DNA of 64,000 nt from Thecamonas trahens ATCC 50062 (lineage: Eukaryota > Protista > Apusomonadida), in assembly GCF_000142905.1 (NCBI RefSeq), contig NW_013657620.1, positions 1 to 64,000 on the forward strand, read 5' to 3'. Shown in pieces: positions 35,801-48,000 of the stretch. The position numbers were made by a program, and so were the translations under genes. The notes under the pieces are model-generated. The model was not told the DNA's origin. It saw nothing but the letters and a program-made list of their open reading frames with translations, and made no database searches. Within the stretch, counting starts at the first letter, position 1; every line of letters begins with the position of its first letter.

Positions 35801-38619
35801 ACTCTGCCGAGGAGGGTGGTGGGCTGGTGGTGGCTGACGGAACGGTAGTGGCATGTGAAGCGACGATGACGGCCAACCGCGCAAGCAGGTCTGGCGGCGG
35901 CGCGCGAGTCCTAGCCGGCGGCATGCTCAATACGAGCAGCAGCACGTGGGAGGCGAACACGGCCGGCGTGGCTGGTGGCGGGCTGATGGTGGCGGTAGGC
36001 GGGCTAGTGAGCCTGGAGTCGGACACGCTGACGGCGAACGCCGGTGTGATCGGCGGTGGGCTTGCCGTCGGGTCGCAGCCAGACGCGGCCGCGGCCGCGG
36101 CGACTGTGGCTGATATTCCGACAGCGGCGTCAACGTACGGCATCGACCGTAGCTCAGTCGCCAGTATTTCCTTGGTCGATGTGGTGCTGAGCGCAAACAC
36201 AGCGAGCAAGGTCGGTGGCGGGCTGTTTGTGTGTGAGGCGCGGATCAATGTGGCTGGCGATGCGACCAAGTGGGAGGGCAACACGGTCGGGTTCTCACCT
36301 TTGGTGCGATCGTCGGGCGACGCGTTTGTGTGCGCGGCAATCGAGAGCGGCGGCAGCGGGTGGAAACGCGACGTAGCCGACATGTTGCCGTGGCTCCGGA
36401 TTGAGCGGGAAGTCTTTGACAGAGACGGAAGAGGGTGGGAGATCCATGGCCCGATGGCGTCGCTGGCGTGGGTTGTAGCCCCGCCCGAGCGCGTGGAGGC
36501 CGGAGGGCGGGTCGCTGCAAGCATTGTGACGCGCGACTGGCTAGGTCAAGACGTGGTGTATGAGACAAGTGTGGTGGCGACGACGTTTGCGGCGTCGGCG
36601 GTGCTGGAGCCTTTCGATCTCCCAGACACGCTACTGGAGACGATTGTAGTGGCGCTTCCCGAGGCTGTGCTCGGAGTGGCGGACGTGGAGGAGGCGCCCG
36701 GGCGTGTTGTGATCTTGGTGGAGGCGGTGACGGACGGAAGCGGTCGCGGACTTCGAGTGGCGGGCCTGGATGCTGGTATTGAGATCACGGGCTGTGGTAT
36801 TGGCCGCGGTGCTGTTGTTGCGGATGGAGTGACGACGTGCGTAGCGTGCGGACCGGGGACTGACTCGCCGGACGAGTCGTTTGGCGCATGCGAAGGCCTC
36901 GGCGAGTGTCCGATCAATGCACTGCGGTTGCAGACGAACGCGACAAACGAGCCGTGCATGTGTGCGCCCGGTTTCTGGAGCCGGGACGGACAGGTGAACG
37001 TGGCGTGCGAGGCGTGCCCTGTGGGAGGCCGGTGCGATGGAGGACTGAGCCGGCCCGTGGCGCAACCGGGCTTCTACCCGGATGCTGGAAACCCGACGCT
37101 GTTCTTGGCGTGCCCGAATGCGGGCGCATGTGTGGGATCGGGGGCGTGTGCCGAAGGGTATGTTGGGCGACTCTGTGCCGAGTGTCGAAGCGGATACTAT
37201 CGGCTCCGCGGGCAGTGCTTCAAGTGTCAGACCGGGCTGAACGGGGCCGTGACGGGGCTGCTTGTGATCGGCGCTGCAGTGGTCGGCGCGGTGCTTGTGG
37301 GCTTCAACCTCGCGGAGAGCGTGCGGTACAAGTTTGCGGCAGTGATGATCGGGCTCAACGCGCTGCAGATCTCTGCGCTGTACGGCAAACTCGATCTGGA
37401 CTGGGGCGAGTTTGCGGCGGTGTACTTTGACATCATCTCATCGCTCAACCTCAATCTCGAGCTGACAAGTCCTGAGTGCAGCCTGGCGGCCGGGACGGAT
37501 GTGTGGGTGGCCAAGCTTGTGCTGACGCTGCTGCTCCCGGTGTTGGCCGTGTGCGTGCTGGTTGCGGTGGGGCTGGGGTTTTGGTGCGCGATCAAGGCAC
37601 GCGTGCGATGGTTTGCCGGCAAGAACCGGGCGCAGCTGGTGGCTGCCGTCCAGCGGGCGTGGTTCCAGTTTCTTGTCCTCCTTTACCTCCCGCTGACGAG
37701 CGCGGCGCTCTCGGTCTTTGGCTGCCGGCGCGACGAGGCTCGGCGGTGGGTGCTTGACGCCGATCCGGTGCGGAGCTGCTACAATAGCGCATGGTGGGCG
37801 GGCCTGTTCCCGATCGGGCTCGCCGGCGTCGGTGCGTATGCGCTGGCGATGCCGGGGATGGTGGTATGGCTACTCTCACGGCGACGCGCGACTATGGACG
37901 TGGTCACCTTTACGTTGCGGTACGGGTTTCTTGTTGGGCGGTTTGCGGTCGATTCGTGGTGGTTTGAGGCGGCGATTATGGCGCGGAAGCTATCTGTGGT
38001 CGGGTGCATGACGTTCTTCTTTACCGACGACGGCAAGGCCAACGCGGCGGTGTTTGCGCTGGCGGGCAGTCTGCTGCAGCTGGTCATGACCCGGCCGTAT
38101 CTGGCGCGGATCCACAACCAAGTGGCGGTTGTAGTCCTCTGTGCCACCATGTCTGTCCTCTACGCTGGCACCTTTGCGGATCGGACGTTCCGGCGGGTCG
38201 GCGTCGCCGCCGGCATCGCCGTCAACCTGGCCGCCATCGTCGGCGGAACAGCGCTCGACGTGTGGCGGATGGCGCAAAGCGAGAAGGCGGCCGAGACCCT
38301 CATGTTCCAGCCGGGCTCTTTCCACATGGACACAGAGGTCGAGGTCGAGGATCCAGTGGCTGCCACGGGGACGTTCACCACCACCGTCGAGCTCGACATC
38401 CTCGGTCAGCCCGAGATGGGCTCGAGTCCGGCCTCCTCGCTCGGTCCTTTCGCGACCGAGGGCTCGTCGATTTCGACCGCAGTGGCTTGCTCGACGCCTG
38501 GTCCCGGCCCGCCGACCGGCCCGCCGACCGTCGTCTCGTCAGCGGCGATGCTGTCACTGCCGTCGGCAGGTGCCGAGGACTCAGGCACCTTGACCACAGT
38601 GGGTGTGGATTCAGAGTGA
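32818..38619 (+). CDS. FG-GAP/VCBS repeat + Pmp-like parallel beta-helix + Cys-rich + multi-TM (about 7) receptor-like protein, paralogue 1
   Basis: Signal peptide; ~14 DxDGDGDxD motifs; GGGL/GGAL repeats with N-x-A spacing; CxxCPxG repeats; C-terminal hydrophobic helices. Confidence 0.9.
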   Translation: MRVGDRSGPLGGRWGLGVAGAVVMIVAIMVAIGLADVAAATTTTTSVGGGGSTWIAPSVSQCLPDATAVRQLVGVANGVSAVVAADLDDDGDHDLVVAVRVADSVWWYENVDGNGTYGPARVVCAVCDGAEGVAVGDFDDDGDIDVASASSSDNCIRWHRNNDGLGGSWTTFLLMSGASGVRSVVAGDVNSDGLTDLVSATRNSGSLVWLRNNGGLGSPLIIASGLGRPGALNLGDIDGDNDVDVAAVCENDNEVVWAENTGGAGLVWTVHRLIGSLKNPSSVAIADLDGDGDLDLTASAYFGNALVMFKNIDGRGSFGPLLVVSANVDRPYQVVTEDLDGDGDIDLVVATNSWSTSDVVWFENRDGHGSFGGTRVVSFGHQGSSSVAVADLDGDGDRDIAAAYFNDDVVGWFANSLEANREYYAATDNVVTTIVDELSEMVVVDIDGDGDRDVVFSVQEFFGWVENVDGTGTFAPFVAIDSTGFGGASQLAYGDIDLDGDIDVVSVTSTGVLAWYSNDGGKGVAWTQQVINSAETNNNYALATGDVDGDGWCDLVAASMVDDEPLVLYKGSASGWTTVVVAETTKHFRKLALVDLDSDGILDLVACNKSEVYWFPNIGGEFGAGIQIEADTGAFVMSVATSDIDSDGDVDLALTSGTSVHWYENIDGAGTFAAARVLAVGTNANDVTLADMDDDGAVDMIVSRSDKVYLYPNLHNASFGGGQLLKTVASEAWISVAIDIDDDGDLDLVVGADNGIAHLVLQTSRSPFKVTYEPTERGLDDPMCVRGNATAVACWGASLARLSKCTTDTLALPPGEYDCPRLSHVREHRRSIRIAAAEASTVNFACDGRVLFQVGADEDSVGQVEVVGIRIKATGSVATVDGVPGLRVDAAGGRLVLRNVTIEGGTSTARPTLLSGGTGGCALAVNGGTIEVIDSVVSGCTASGSGGALASVGIGSTIHVVRSEISDSVAGGLGGGLAVIDGGLATLHSVVVARNSAEEGGGLVVADGTVVACEATMTANRASRSGGGARVLAGGMLNTSSSTWEANTAGVAGGGLMVAVGGLVSLESDTLTANAGVIGGGLAVGSQPDAAAAAATVADIPTAASTYGIDRSSVASISLVDVVLSANTASKVGGGLFVCEARINVAGDATKWEGNTVGFSPLVRSSGDAFVCAAIESGGSGWKRDVADMLPWLRIEREVFDRDGRGWEIHGPMASLAWVVAPPERVEAGGRVAASIVTRDWLGQDVVYETSVVATTFAASAVLEPFDLPDTLLETIVVALPEAVLGVADVEEAPGRVVILVEAVTDGSGRGLRVAGLDAGIEITGCGIGRGAVVADGVTTCVACGPGTDSPDESFGACEGLGECPINALRLQTNATNEPCMCAPGFWSRDGQVNVACEACPVGGRCDGGLSRPVAQPGFYPDAGNPTLFLACPNAGACVGSGACAEGYVGRLCAECRSGYYRLRGQCFKCQTGLNGAVTGLLVIGAAVVGAVLVGFNLAESVRYKFAAVMIGLNALQISALYGKLDLDWGEFAAVYFDIISSLNLNLELTSPECSLAAGTDVWVAKLVLTLLLPVLAVCVLVAVGLGFWCAIKARVRWFAGKNRAQLVAAVQRAWFQFLVLLYLPLTSAALSVFGCRRDEARRWVLDADPVRSCYNSAWWAGLFPIGLAGVGAYALAMPGMVVWLLSRRRATMDVVTFTLRYGFLVGRFAVDSWWFEAAIMARKLSVVGCMTFFFTDDGKANAAVFALAGSLLQLVMTRPYLARIHNQVAVVVLCATMSVLYAGTFADRTFRRVGVAAGIAVNLAAIVGGTALDVWRMAQSEKAAETLMFQPGSFHMDTEVEVEDPVAATGTFTTTVELDILGQPEMGSSPASSLGPFATEGSSISTAVACSTPGPGPPTGPPTVVSSAAMLSLPSAGAEDSGTLTTVGVDSE

Positions 38620-38880
38620 ACACCCCAGGCTGGGGTGCGTCGCGGCAGAGTGGTAGTCGGGTCATTGAAAAGCGATCGAGTTGAATCTACATATTGGTTC
38701 TACGAGGCGATTTCGAGCGGAATACGCAACCGAGTTCTACTACGATGAGCGCAACGAGTAGCTGATAGTTACGACTACATGTGGTTAGAGTTTGGTCGTT
38801 GAGCATGGCTTGTATTATCGGACAGAAGACGGTGAAGCATGGACGCTGGTGATGAGACCAGAGAGTGCTCTACTCGGACC

Positions 38881-39060
38881 ACAATTGAGACACAATAATA
38901 AAAATCATTAAGAATCGTCTCCAAACGGCGAGAAATAATGCTTTTACATATTTTAACGTGTGAAAGTAGATTTTTTTTTAGAATTATGGCTGTGGTGCTT
39001 TAATATTATTATTATATGAACGTAAATTTATATAAGTATATGGTTGAGATAATTTTTGTT
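38881..39060. other. AT-rich island (~25% GC by hand count)
   Basis: 45 G+C in 180 nt within a strongly GC-rich window. Confidence 0.9.
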
Positions 39061-39531
39061 TGCTTCGAGACCTGGAACAATCGAATCTCTTCCCGTTGCA
39101 CACACAAGCTATATTCACACTACAGAGCCACATTGCAGCGTGAACGCCGCAATGATGGTGGTGCGTCTTCATCCCGTTGTGTCAAAGTATGAGGCGGGAG
39201 TATTGAGGGCGGGAAGCGTTGTTGGGAGGCTCGAGGCCCTGAGGAGGGTGGGCCGGCACATGCGCGTTCAACGGCACGAGTGACCAGACCGTTCTTCGAC
39301 CGTTCCTGAGACCGCCCAAAGAACACTTGATCGTTCCCGGACCGCTTCTGAATAACGTCGTCAGACTATTCCTGGAACGATATCCCAAAGAACGCGATGC
39401 CCAAGCTTTCCTCTTGCGCCTGGTCATCGCTGATGACCTCTGACTTGTGCGTGAGCCGGAGCACGACCTGCACCACTTCCGTGGCCTTCACGGCCAGCGG
39501 TGCATCCCCCCCCCCCCCCCCCCTCCCCTCC

Positions 39532-39876
39532 CTCCCTCCCCCACAGCGACCCCATATAACCACTGCAGGACCGCTCTCACGTTCTTTTCAACACANNNNN
39601 NNNNNNNNNNNNNNNNNNNNNNNNNNNNNNNNNNNNNNNNNNNNNNNNNNNNNNNNNNNNNNNNNNNNNNNNNNNNNNNNNNNNNNNNNNNNNNNNNNNN
39701 NNNNNNNNNNNNNNNNNNNNNNNNNNNNNNNNNNNNNNNNNNNNNNNNNNNNNNNNNNNNNNNNNNNNNNNNNNNNNNNNNNNNNNNNNNNNNNNNNNNN
39801 NNNNNNNNNNNNNNNNNNNNNNNNNNNNCTCCCTCCCCACAGCGACCCCATATAACCACTGCAGGACCGCTCTCAC
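39532..39876. repeat. ~48-bp direct repeat on both sides of gap 39596-39828
   Basis: CCCCACAGCGACCCCATATAACCACTGCAGGACCGCTCTCAC occurs before and after the gap. Confidence 0.85.
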
Positions 39877-40090
39877 ACCGCTCCCAAGAGCGCTCTCACG
39901 CCGCCTTTGCTACAAAATCCATTCAACGTAGTGCGCGTGATAAGCAGCGCAAAAGAGCAAGACTCGCGCACTTTCGGCAGCATGAGGTGCGTGGCTTGCT
40001 CTGCCTGCGGGTGCACCGGGCGTACAGCCACATCGCACTAGAGGCCGGCGCACATGCCATCCCCACAAGCTTTTGGTGCCCATGGCCAAG

Positions 40091-43000
40091 TCAAGCCTCC
40101 TCATCCAGCTCGGACAAGTCGCTCAAGCTCCCGCTCAGACTGACTTCACCGCTAAGACTCAGCAGACCGACAACGACGCCATCATCGACCGTGGACGACC
40201 GCTGACGGATGTCGCGCAGATCGCGGAGGATGACCCGGACCAGGAGGATGACCCCACTGCTGAGCGCGAACATGGCCATGACCACAAACAGCAAATGCGA
40301 GAGACTGTTTGGAAAGTCATCAGCCCAGAAAAATGCGCCCACCGTGAGCACAAACATGGCGATGCCGTTGAGCGCCAGCTCGACCGAGTTGTGCGAAGCC
40401 TTGGCAAACGGCTGCAGCCGAAGCTGGACAGCTCCAAACAGCGCAAAGAGGCAGAGGAGGAAGAAAAGGAGCCACACAATGAGACGCGACGCAAACATCG
40501 CCACTGCAACCAGCGCAAGCCGCTTGCCGAGCAGCGCAATCTCAAACAGGTAAAACTGCGGCTTGTACGCCTCGTACAGCACGCCGAGCTCGGCCTTCAC
40601 GTGCGGCTCGCCCAGCGAGTTGCGCGCCCGTGCAAGGATCACAAACAAAAACAGCGGGAGCCCGATGACGTACGCCACCACCGCAAACAGCCCAAACGGA
40701 AGCATGTCAAACCACTGGTCGTCAAAGCACTTTTGCCCCACGTCCGCGTCCAGCACGTACTCGCCCGATGGCAGCCGTGTGCAGTCAAATAGCAGCAGCG
40801 ACGCGTACGCCGACGTGATGTACAGCATCGGCCCCACCACACACACCAACCGCCGCACAACCTGGCCCACCTTCACATCGCCAAGTCGGAACACGTACCG
40901 CGCCGTCGCCGCCGCCGCAATCACCACAGCCAACAGCAATCCTGGCAATATGACCGAGAACTTGTACGTCAGCGCAAAGTCGTCCAGCACGCACTCGGCA
41001 CCCACCAGTGAGAACGAGAGATTGAAGAGCGAGAACAGGTCGAGTGTAAAGTTGAGTGGCGACGGCCAGTTGAGCAGCGACGCTCCGCCAATCACCGCCA
41101 TCGTCTGTACGTACAGCACCGCTGCCTTGACCCCGTACGGCGTCGACATCGGCACAAGCTCGCGTCGCGCCTTGTTCTGCCGCTGCGCAAGCACAATGAC
41201 GCCCGTCACGAACCCAATCGTCACCACAACCACGCCTGCCACAAAGACGACAAAGACTAGCTTGGCCGACGCCGGGCACTTGACGCACCGCAGCGCACGG
41301 TTCGTGTAGTACCCGTCCTCACACTTGCGGCACATAAAGTCGGTCGTCCCACGCTCACACTCCGAGTTGACCTTGCACGAGTCCGGCCGCGGGCACGGCG
41401 CCAACTGCGCCGCCACTCCTGTAACGTTGGAGACGTCAAAGTAGCCTTGAGCCGCAACAGGCGCCTCCACTGACGAGCCGCGACAGATCCCTCCGACCGG
41501 GCACATCACACACACCTCGTTCCGCCTCCGGTTCGGGGACCAAAACCCGGGCTTACACTCGCACGGCCCGACATCGAACGCCGTCGACTTGCCCGGCCGG
41601 TGCGTGTTGCGCGGGCAAAGCGGATACGGGATGCACGACTCAGTCGTCGTCTCCGGTGAGTACGATCCGTCCTGGCACTCGCCACACAGAAATGGCGATG
41701 GCGAGATGACGCCGTATCCGCGCGGGCACGCACCGAGTCGCACTGACGCAGTTGCCATCAGCGACGCGGACTCAACCATTGTTCCCGTCAGCACAAGGTT
41801 GATACCGGCAAGAACCTCCGTCGTCTCCCCAAGCATGTCGGCATCTGCGGCTGCCAAAACCGCACCCGCCATCGTCGCCTGTCCCATCGGCGTCGCACTC
41901 ACTGCCACAAGCACCTTGTCGCCAAGCAGCTTGAGCTGCGCCTCGGAGCCCGGTGCCACTTGGAGCGACACCGTAGCATCTGCACTCGGATTGCCGTACG
42001 CATCAAAGACTTCAAACACGAGCTCACTGGCCGGCGTCCCCGAGACCAGTTCCACAGGTGTCGTCACATTGGCCAACCGCAGATAGACCGGCCCGCTCCG
42101 CACGTTGCGCAGTGCCGACGAAGCCGCAACATCTAGCCACCCGGTCTCGCTCAGCGCCACCGCGTTCTCTAGCGCTCGCCCGTCTACCATCGCGGGCACG
42201 CATGTAAACGTTATCGAGCCCGAGTCGACGTCAGCGTCATGACTCGCCTGCCCGCCCTCGGTCGCATCCATCACCTGAAGCGTTGCCCCGCATAGGTACG
42301 CCACATCACCTCGATGTGCTGCGTTGCCTGAAAACGTCACCCGCTCCATGGCAACCCGCCCGCCGCTCGTCGTGGCGCTTCCTACCGGCCGCCACGGCAG
42401 CTGCGACGGATCACTGTCCATAGGCGAAGCAAGCGCGTCGTCAAACGCCGCAATCGCTCCGCCGTACATCGCCGTGTTCGCTTCAAACTGAACGTCAGCA
42501 AGGAACACCTCCGATGCCGCTGCAGGCATCACAAACTCCACCGCAACTGCTCCGCCTACTCCACTTGAAGCTGCGCACTCGACAAAGCTCGATCGAGTCA
42601 CAGACACACTCGCGCCGCTCGAGACAGCAATCGCGCCGCCAGAGCCGGAGGACGTGCACTTGCGGAAAGACGTGTCAGCCACTGCAAGACTCCCATTGCT
42701 GGTCACAGCCAGGAACCCGCCGTCCACACGCACCTCCCGCAAGTCGCCAAACGGCGAGATCCCCGAGTTGGCATGAGCCACGCTGCAGTTGCGCATCGTG
42801 AGCGCCCCTTCGTCTCGCACCTGAATCCCCGGTCGCGGCGGGTATGTCAGCGCAGACGTCGTACCCAAGATCACCAGCGAGTCCAGCGTAAGGCTCCCGC
42901 CATCCTTAATGTCAAACAACACTCCACCGGATCCGCAGTTGATAGTCCCGGAGCCAGGCACGTCAAACGACGGATGAATCGTCAGCGGCCCGAGCCCAGG

Positions 43001-44460
43001 CTCGTACTTGACCTCAATCGGCGAGCGCGGGCATCCCGTGTACGTGCTCGGCAGCTCGATAAAATCAGCTCTATGTCGGTCGCGTGTCGCAAACGCGTCC
43101 ACTAGGCAATCGCTGTCCGTGAGTGAGTTGCAACTCGACGGCAAACAGTAGGTGCGAAAGCCGAGCGGCCATGGGCCACGGTTGACAACAACTCCGAAGC
43201 CACCAAACGTCAATAGACGCAGCACATCAAAGTCTCCATCGTTGTCCATGTCCACCAGCCAAGCCGTCCGCTTGCGATAAGCCATTGTTCCTGCTTGGAG
43301 TGAGATTAAGCGTGGCTCAAACACACGGTCGCCCTTGTTGATGAACGCGGTTAACCCAAACTCAGCAAAGTTCAAGTGCGCCTTGCCACTCCAGAGAATG
43401 TCCATCAGCCCGTCCCGGTTCACGTCTGCATACCCTGCCTCAAACAGCGGGTTGTTAGGGTAAGGTGCTAGGCACTCGGCGAGCGTCGCCTGTGTCCCCA
43501 CCTTGTTCGGATCAGTGTGGCTGGTGTAGGTAGGAAAGTTATGCGGCACGTTGGTGAAAGACGTAGTACCGGTTCCGTACAGCACAAAACACTGCGTCAA
43601 ACATCGTGGTATCCATCGTTATCAAAATCAAGGACCGGCTGAGCGCCCTGCTGCAACAAGCTGGCCATCGTCGACGGAGTTGTCCACACCCTCGTTTGCG
43701 TGAACGATACCGCGCCGCCATTGTTGCGGAAGAGTCGAAATTGTGTCCCGTAGTCGACCAAAATGTCCCAGTGACCATCACGATCGTAGTCCAGTACCGT
43801 GATTGCATCCTTACTGCCAGTCACCGACGTGCCGTACCCGCGCGGTGTCCATGAAAGGCCATCACCCACAGCGTTCTCAAACCAGACCATAGCTCCGCTG
43901 GAAGAGTGCACCATCGGCAGAATGTCAAGATCGCCGTCCTTGTCAAGGTCAAACGTGGTCACAAACTTCATCTTGAGCGGCGAGGACGACATAGTCCGCA
44001 CCACGAACTGACTCAGCAGCGTCGCCGAACTCGTCGAGACTAGGGCCGTCACCGAGTATCCAGTCCAAGACTGAGACATCAGATCACCCCGCCCATCTCC
44101 GTTCAAATCAGCAACAAAGAGAAAGCCTCCGCCGTCGCCCATGTTCAACCCCAGGCTTTCAGTGTGCTCGAAGCTCCCATTGCCAAGAGCGACAAAGACA
44201 TTGAAGCCGAGCGGAGCGCCACCACCTCCGCCAGTGTACCCCACAATGTCGAGCATCCCATCGTTGGTAACATCCAAGGCGTTGATGCTGCCAATCTTGA
44301 ACATGCCCTCCGGTGTCAGCTGCCGGACAAACGCGTCGTAGCCGTACATATGGCCCGGGCCTTCGGTCTGGCAGGGCCAATCGGCCGCCACCATCTCCGC
44401 CCGCCACACCACCACCACCGTCAACCAGAGCCCCACCACAGCAGCCAACAGCACCCGCAT
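40091..44460 (-). CDS. FG-GAP + Pmp-like beta-helix + Cys-rich + multi-TM receptor-like protein, paralogue 2 (frame break ~43600)
   Basis: Signal peptide MRVLLAAVVGLWLTVVVVW; DVTNDGMLD, DLNGDGRGD, DLDKDGDLD; GGAI with FEANTA; one extra T gives DGYHDVLTQCF; TM region similar to paralogue 3. Confidence 0.88.
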
Positions 44461-45055
44461 GACAACCAAAGTCAACCTTCTGTTGACTCACGAATTACGC
44501 CTGATGCCCTTGGCTAGCCTGAGTGCGGTGTGCTCGACCCAGTTGCACCCTCTCTTCCCTTCCACTCTCCCGCACCCCTTCCTGCTCACCGCAGCCTCCG
44601 ACCGCACTGCCTACCCACGCGGAGAGCACTCGCCACCCGAAAAAAGTAAAGCAACTTGTTCTGCCCAGTAACGCAGCCACCTCCAGCCACACCATGACCC
44701 ACACGCCCACCCTCATGCAGCCATGCGTCCCAACTCATGCCACACACATGGTCAACTCCGACACACATGCCCTTCCTCCTCCCTTCGTCTTTCCCTCACA
44801 AAGCCCACGCATAACCACACAGGTCGGACTATGTCGCGGTGGCCCTGCGGTGGGCACGTTTCGTTTGGTACGCACCTTTTTTTGGGGGAAGAGCAACCAA
44901 CAACTGTCATTGGTCTCCATCGCCGACCACCCGCACCCATCTTGCGCTCCCCTTCCTCGCCTTCCCCCTCCCACAGACACACACACACACCACACTCCTC
45001 TCCCCAACCCTGAACTGGTAGACACTGCCGACGTATTCGTGACCTCAGGAGCACC

Positions 45056-48000
45056 ATGTCTCGTCCGTGCTTGCTTCTCACAGTCGTTGCAGTCATGGTC
45101 GCCGGACTGTCTTGCGCCGTGGCTGCCGTCGACGGGCCTTGCGTCCAGGTTCCCCCGCCAGCCCCGTCTGATTCACTCGCGCGGCTGCTGACCAACACGG
45201 CCAATGGAAACCATCTTGCTTTTGTCGACGTCGATGAAGACGGTTGGCTCGACCTACTCAGTGCGGCCTCGGGCAGCTACTCGTGGTACAAGAACAACGG
45301 CGACCGCACGTTCTCGACGGGGCCGTCGGCGTCTCATTTACCACCCCCGGCTGCACCGCCATCCGCTTCCGTATTGCTGATCTGAACGCCGATGGCCTGG
45401 ACGACGTTGTCGTCACTTGCACCAACCGCTACCTGGTGATGCTCAACAAGCCAGGCGGCGACTCAGCGTTCACGCACGTGCTCGTCGGCACCGCAACCAA
45501 CCCGTTCCAGGCCATTGTCCATGACATTGACGGTGATGGTGACCCCGACATTGTGTCGACATCGAAACAAAACGCGCTTGTCAACATCTACTGGTTTGAG
45601 AACAACGGCGCCGGCACCGGGTGGACCGCACATACCATCGACACCGCTCGCACTGCTCTCACCTCGCAGCCGATCGATGCCAACAACGACGGAGCCACCG
45701 ACATGCTCATTCTCGACTACAACGGCGGCGTCCAGCCGACCCGGGGCTACGTCAGCCTCTGGCTCAACTCGGGCGACGACATCAACTGGCTACCGCAGGG
45801 CACCCTTACGCCGCACGAGTACCTCGCCAGCTGGTATGGCGTGGGAAGTCAGCCCCGGATCGACTTTGACCAAGACGGAAACGAGGACTTTGCCACTTGC
45901 TGCCATGTCTTCTTTGGCCGCGGTGATGCCACCTTCAAGGAGACAGTCCGTCCGTTTGCGTGCAGTCACCAATGGATTCCGTACAACAACTACTACATCG
46001 ACCTGAATGTGGACGGCAAGATGGACTTGCTCTCCTTCCACAGTGCGACTGGCAACCAACATGGCGTGCGGGCTTTGATCAACCTTGGCAACCGCGACTG
46101 GGATGTGGTCGTGGTTGGCCACTTTTGGTACGCGACTGACATGCGGATGGCCATCGCTGACATCGATAATGACGGCGACCTGGATCTTTTTAACGTTGGA
46201 AGCAGTGGCGTTCCCACCTGGCTCGAGAACCGCGGCTCGCATCCGCTTGGCTTTCGCACCGTTTGCCTCTCACCCTCGTGCACCACGCTCAACGGTCCAG
46301 GCTGCCTCTTCGACCAGATCGCCAACTTTGACACGCACCACGCACTCCGGTACGAGTTTCGTAACCCTGGCATCCACACTGGATGCCCCACTAGCCACGT
46401 CAGGGTCCCGAAGTCGTCGATTCCGCTTCAGCTGACTCCATCACCGAGCGAGTTGGCCATCATTCGCATCGACTGCAACGGAGCAGGCGTTCTGTTTGAG
46501 GTTCCCCACGACTCGTCGCTTGAGATGACGTCGATGGAGATAGCGGGGTTGTCGGGAGCGATCGCTGATGGCACCCCTCGTCCCGCCTTCCATGTGCAAG
46601 GCGTCGACGCGCGGCTCACGCTGCGCAACGTCACCATCTCCAATGCTGTCTCGACTGCTTCCGGTGCGGCAGGCGGTGCAGTGTCTGTTGGTGCCCAGGG
46701 CGAGCTTACACTCTCCCACGCCACTTTTCGCAGCTGCACCGCAGGATCGAATGGCGGTGCCATCCACGCCTATGCGCCTCGCAAGATGGACATGATCGAT
46801 GTCACCTTTGACTCGTGTGCAAGCCCAAGCCACGCTGGCGGCGCCGTGGCCCTCGAAGTCAACCCCGATGAGCCGCCGATTATCTGGACCGACGTGGCAT
46901 TCAAGAACAACTCGGCGCAGTACGGCGGTGCTCTTTCACTGGTTACCGTTCTCTCGTCTCAGCCGAGCTTCGACTACCCGCTCCAGCTCGACCCAGAGGC
47001 GGCACCCGCCGCTGCAATCGCCGTTGAGAAGCCGAACATGCTCCAGCTCGCCGGCACCGTGCTCTTTGCAGAGAACAGGGCCGAGTACGGCGACGTTGCC
47101 TTTGACTGTTCGGTCGCAGTTGTCCTCGGCGCGCTGCATCCTGCCTCGGCCCAAGACACGGCGCGGAGCCCTATGTTTACCTGTGTTCCGCAGGCGGCGA
47201 TGGGCGCGTCGAGCACGACGCTGGCTCTTGTTCCTTGGCTCTCCGGCGACGACGCGACGGTGGCGTTTGTCGGCGCGGGCGCGCAGTCGCCGGTGGCGCG
47301 GGTCACTGGACCGACCACACCCATTACCGTTGTCTCGGGTGGGATGCTCGCCAACTGGAACGTGTCGACCATCGACGCCTACGGCAAGTCGACTCCCGGC
47401 GTGACCGTCGTTCTCTCGGTGGCACCCGAGTCCAGCAACGCAATAGCTCTCTTGCGACCGCTAGTGACGTCGGTGACCGACGCTACGGGCTTGGCAACAT
47501 TCCCGGATGTCGGGCTCTCCGCCATCACCGCCGCCAACCTCAATACCGATGAGTGGTTGTTGGCCACGCTCACTCTGCCCGGCACCGTCCGTTCTGGTTC
47601 TGTGCCGGTCGTCAACATTCCTGTGCGAGTCAGGGGATGCGGCATCGGGTGGGGTGCTGAGCGCAGCTCGCCAATCTCGTGCGCGCAATGTCCCGACGGC
47701 CTGTTCTCATTTGAGGAGAGTGGCGAGGCGTGCGTTCCTATCCCGATCTGCCCTATCAACACTGCCCGGACTGGTGAGGCTGTGTCTTCCACATCGCTCG
47801 TCCCGTGCACCTGCCTCCCAGGCTACTGGTCGCCGAGCCGGACCAACAATGTGGCGTGCGTGAGCTGTCCGTTTGGCGCGATTTGCTCCGGCACTTCAAC
47901 TGAGCTTCCAAGCGCGCAGCGCGGATTCTATGACGTTGCCAATGTGACCGGAGCCGCTGGTGTTGACATGATCGAGTGTCCACGACCCAACTCTTGCGCT

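Noticed and set aside
39056-39563. Short ORFs between the AT island and the gap
   Set aside because: Interrupted by stops in all plausible frames; no homology recognised.
39532-39876. Gap-flanking direct repeat as LTRs or a target-site duplication
   Set aside because: More simply an unresolved tandem repeat or contig overlap; no element features are visible.
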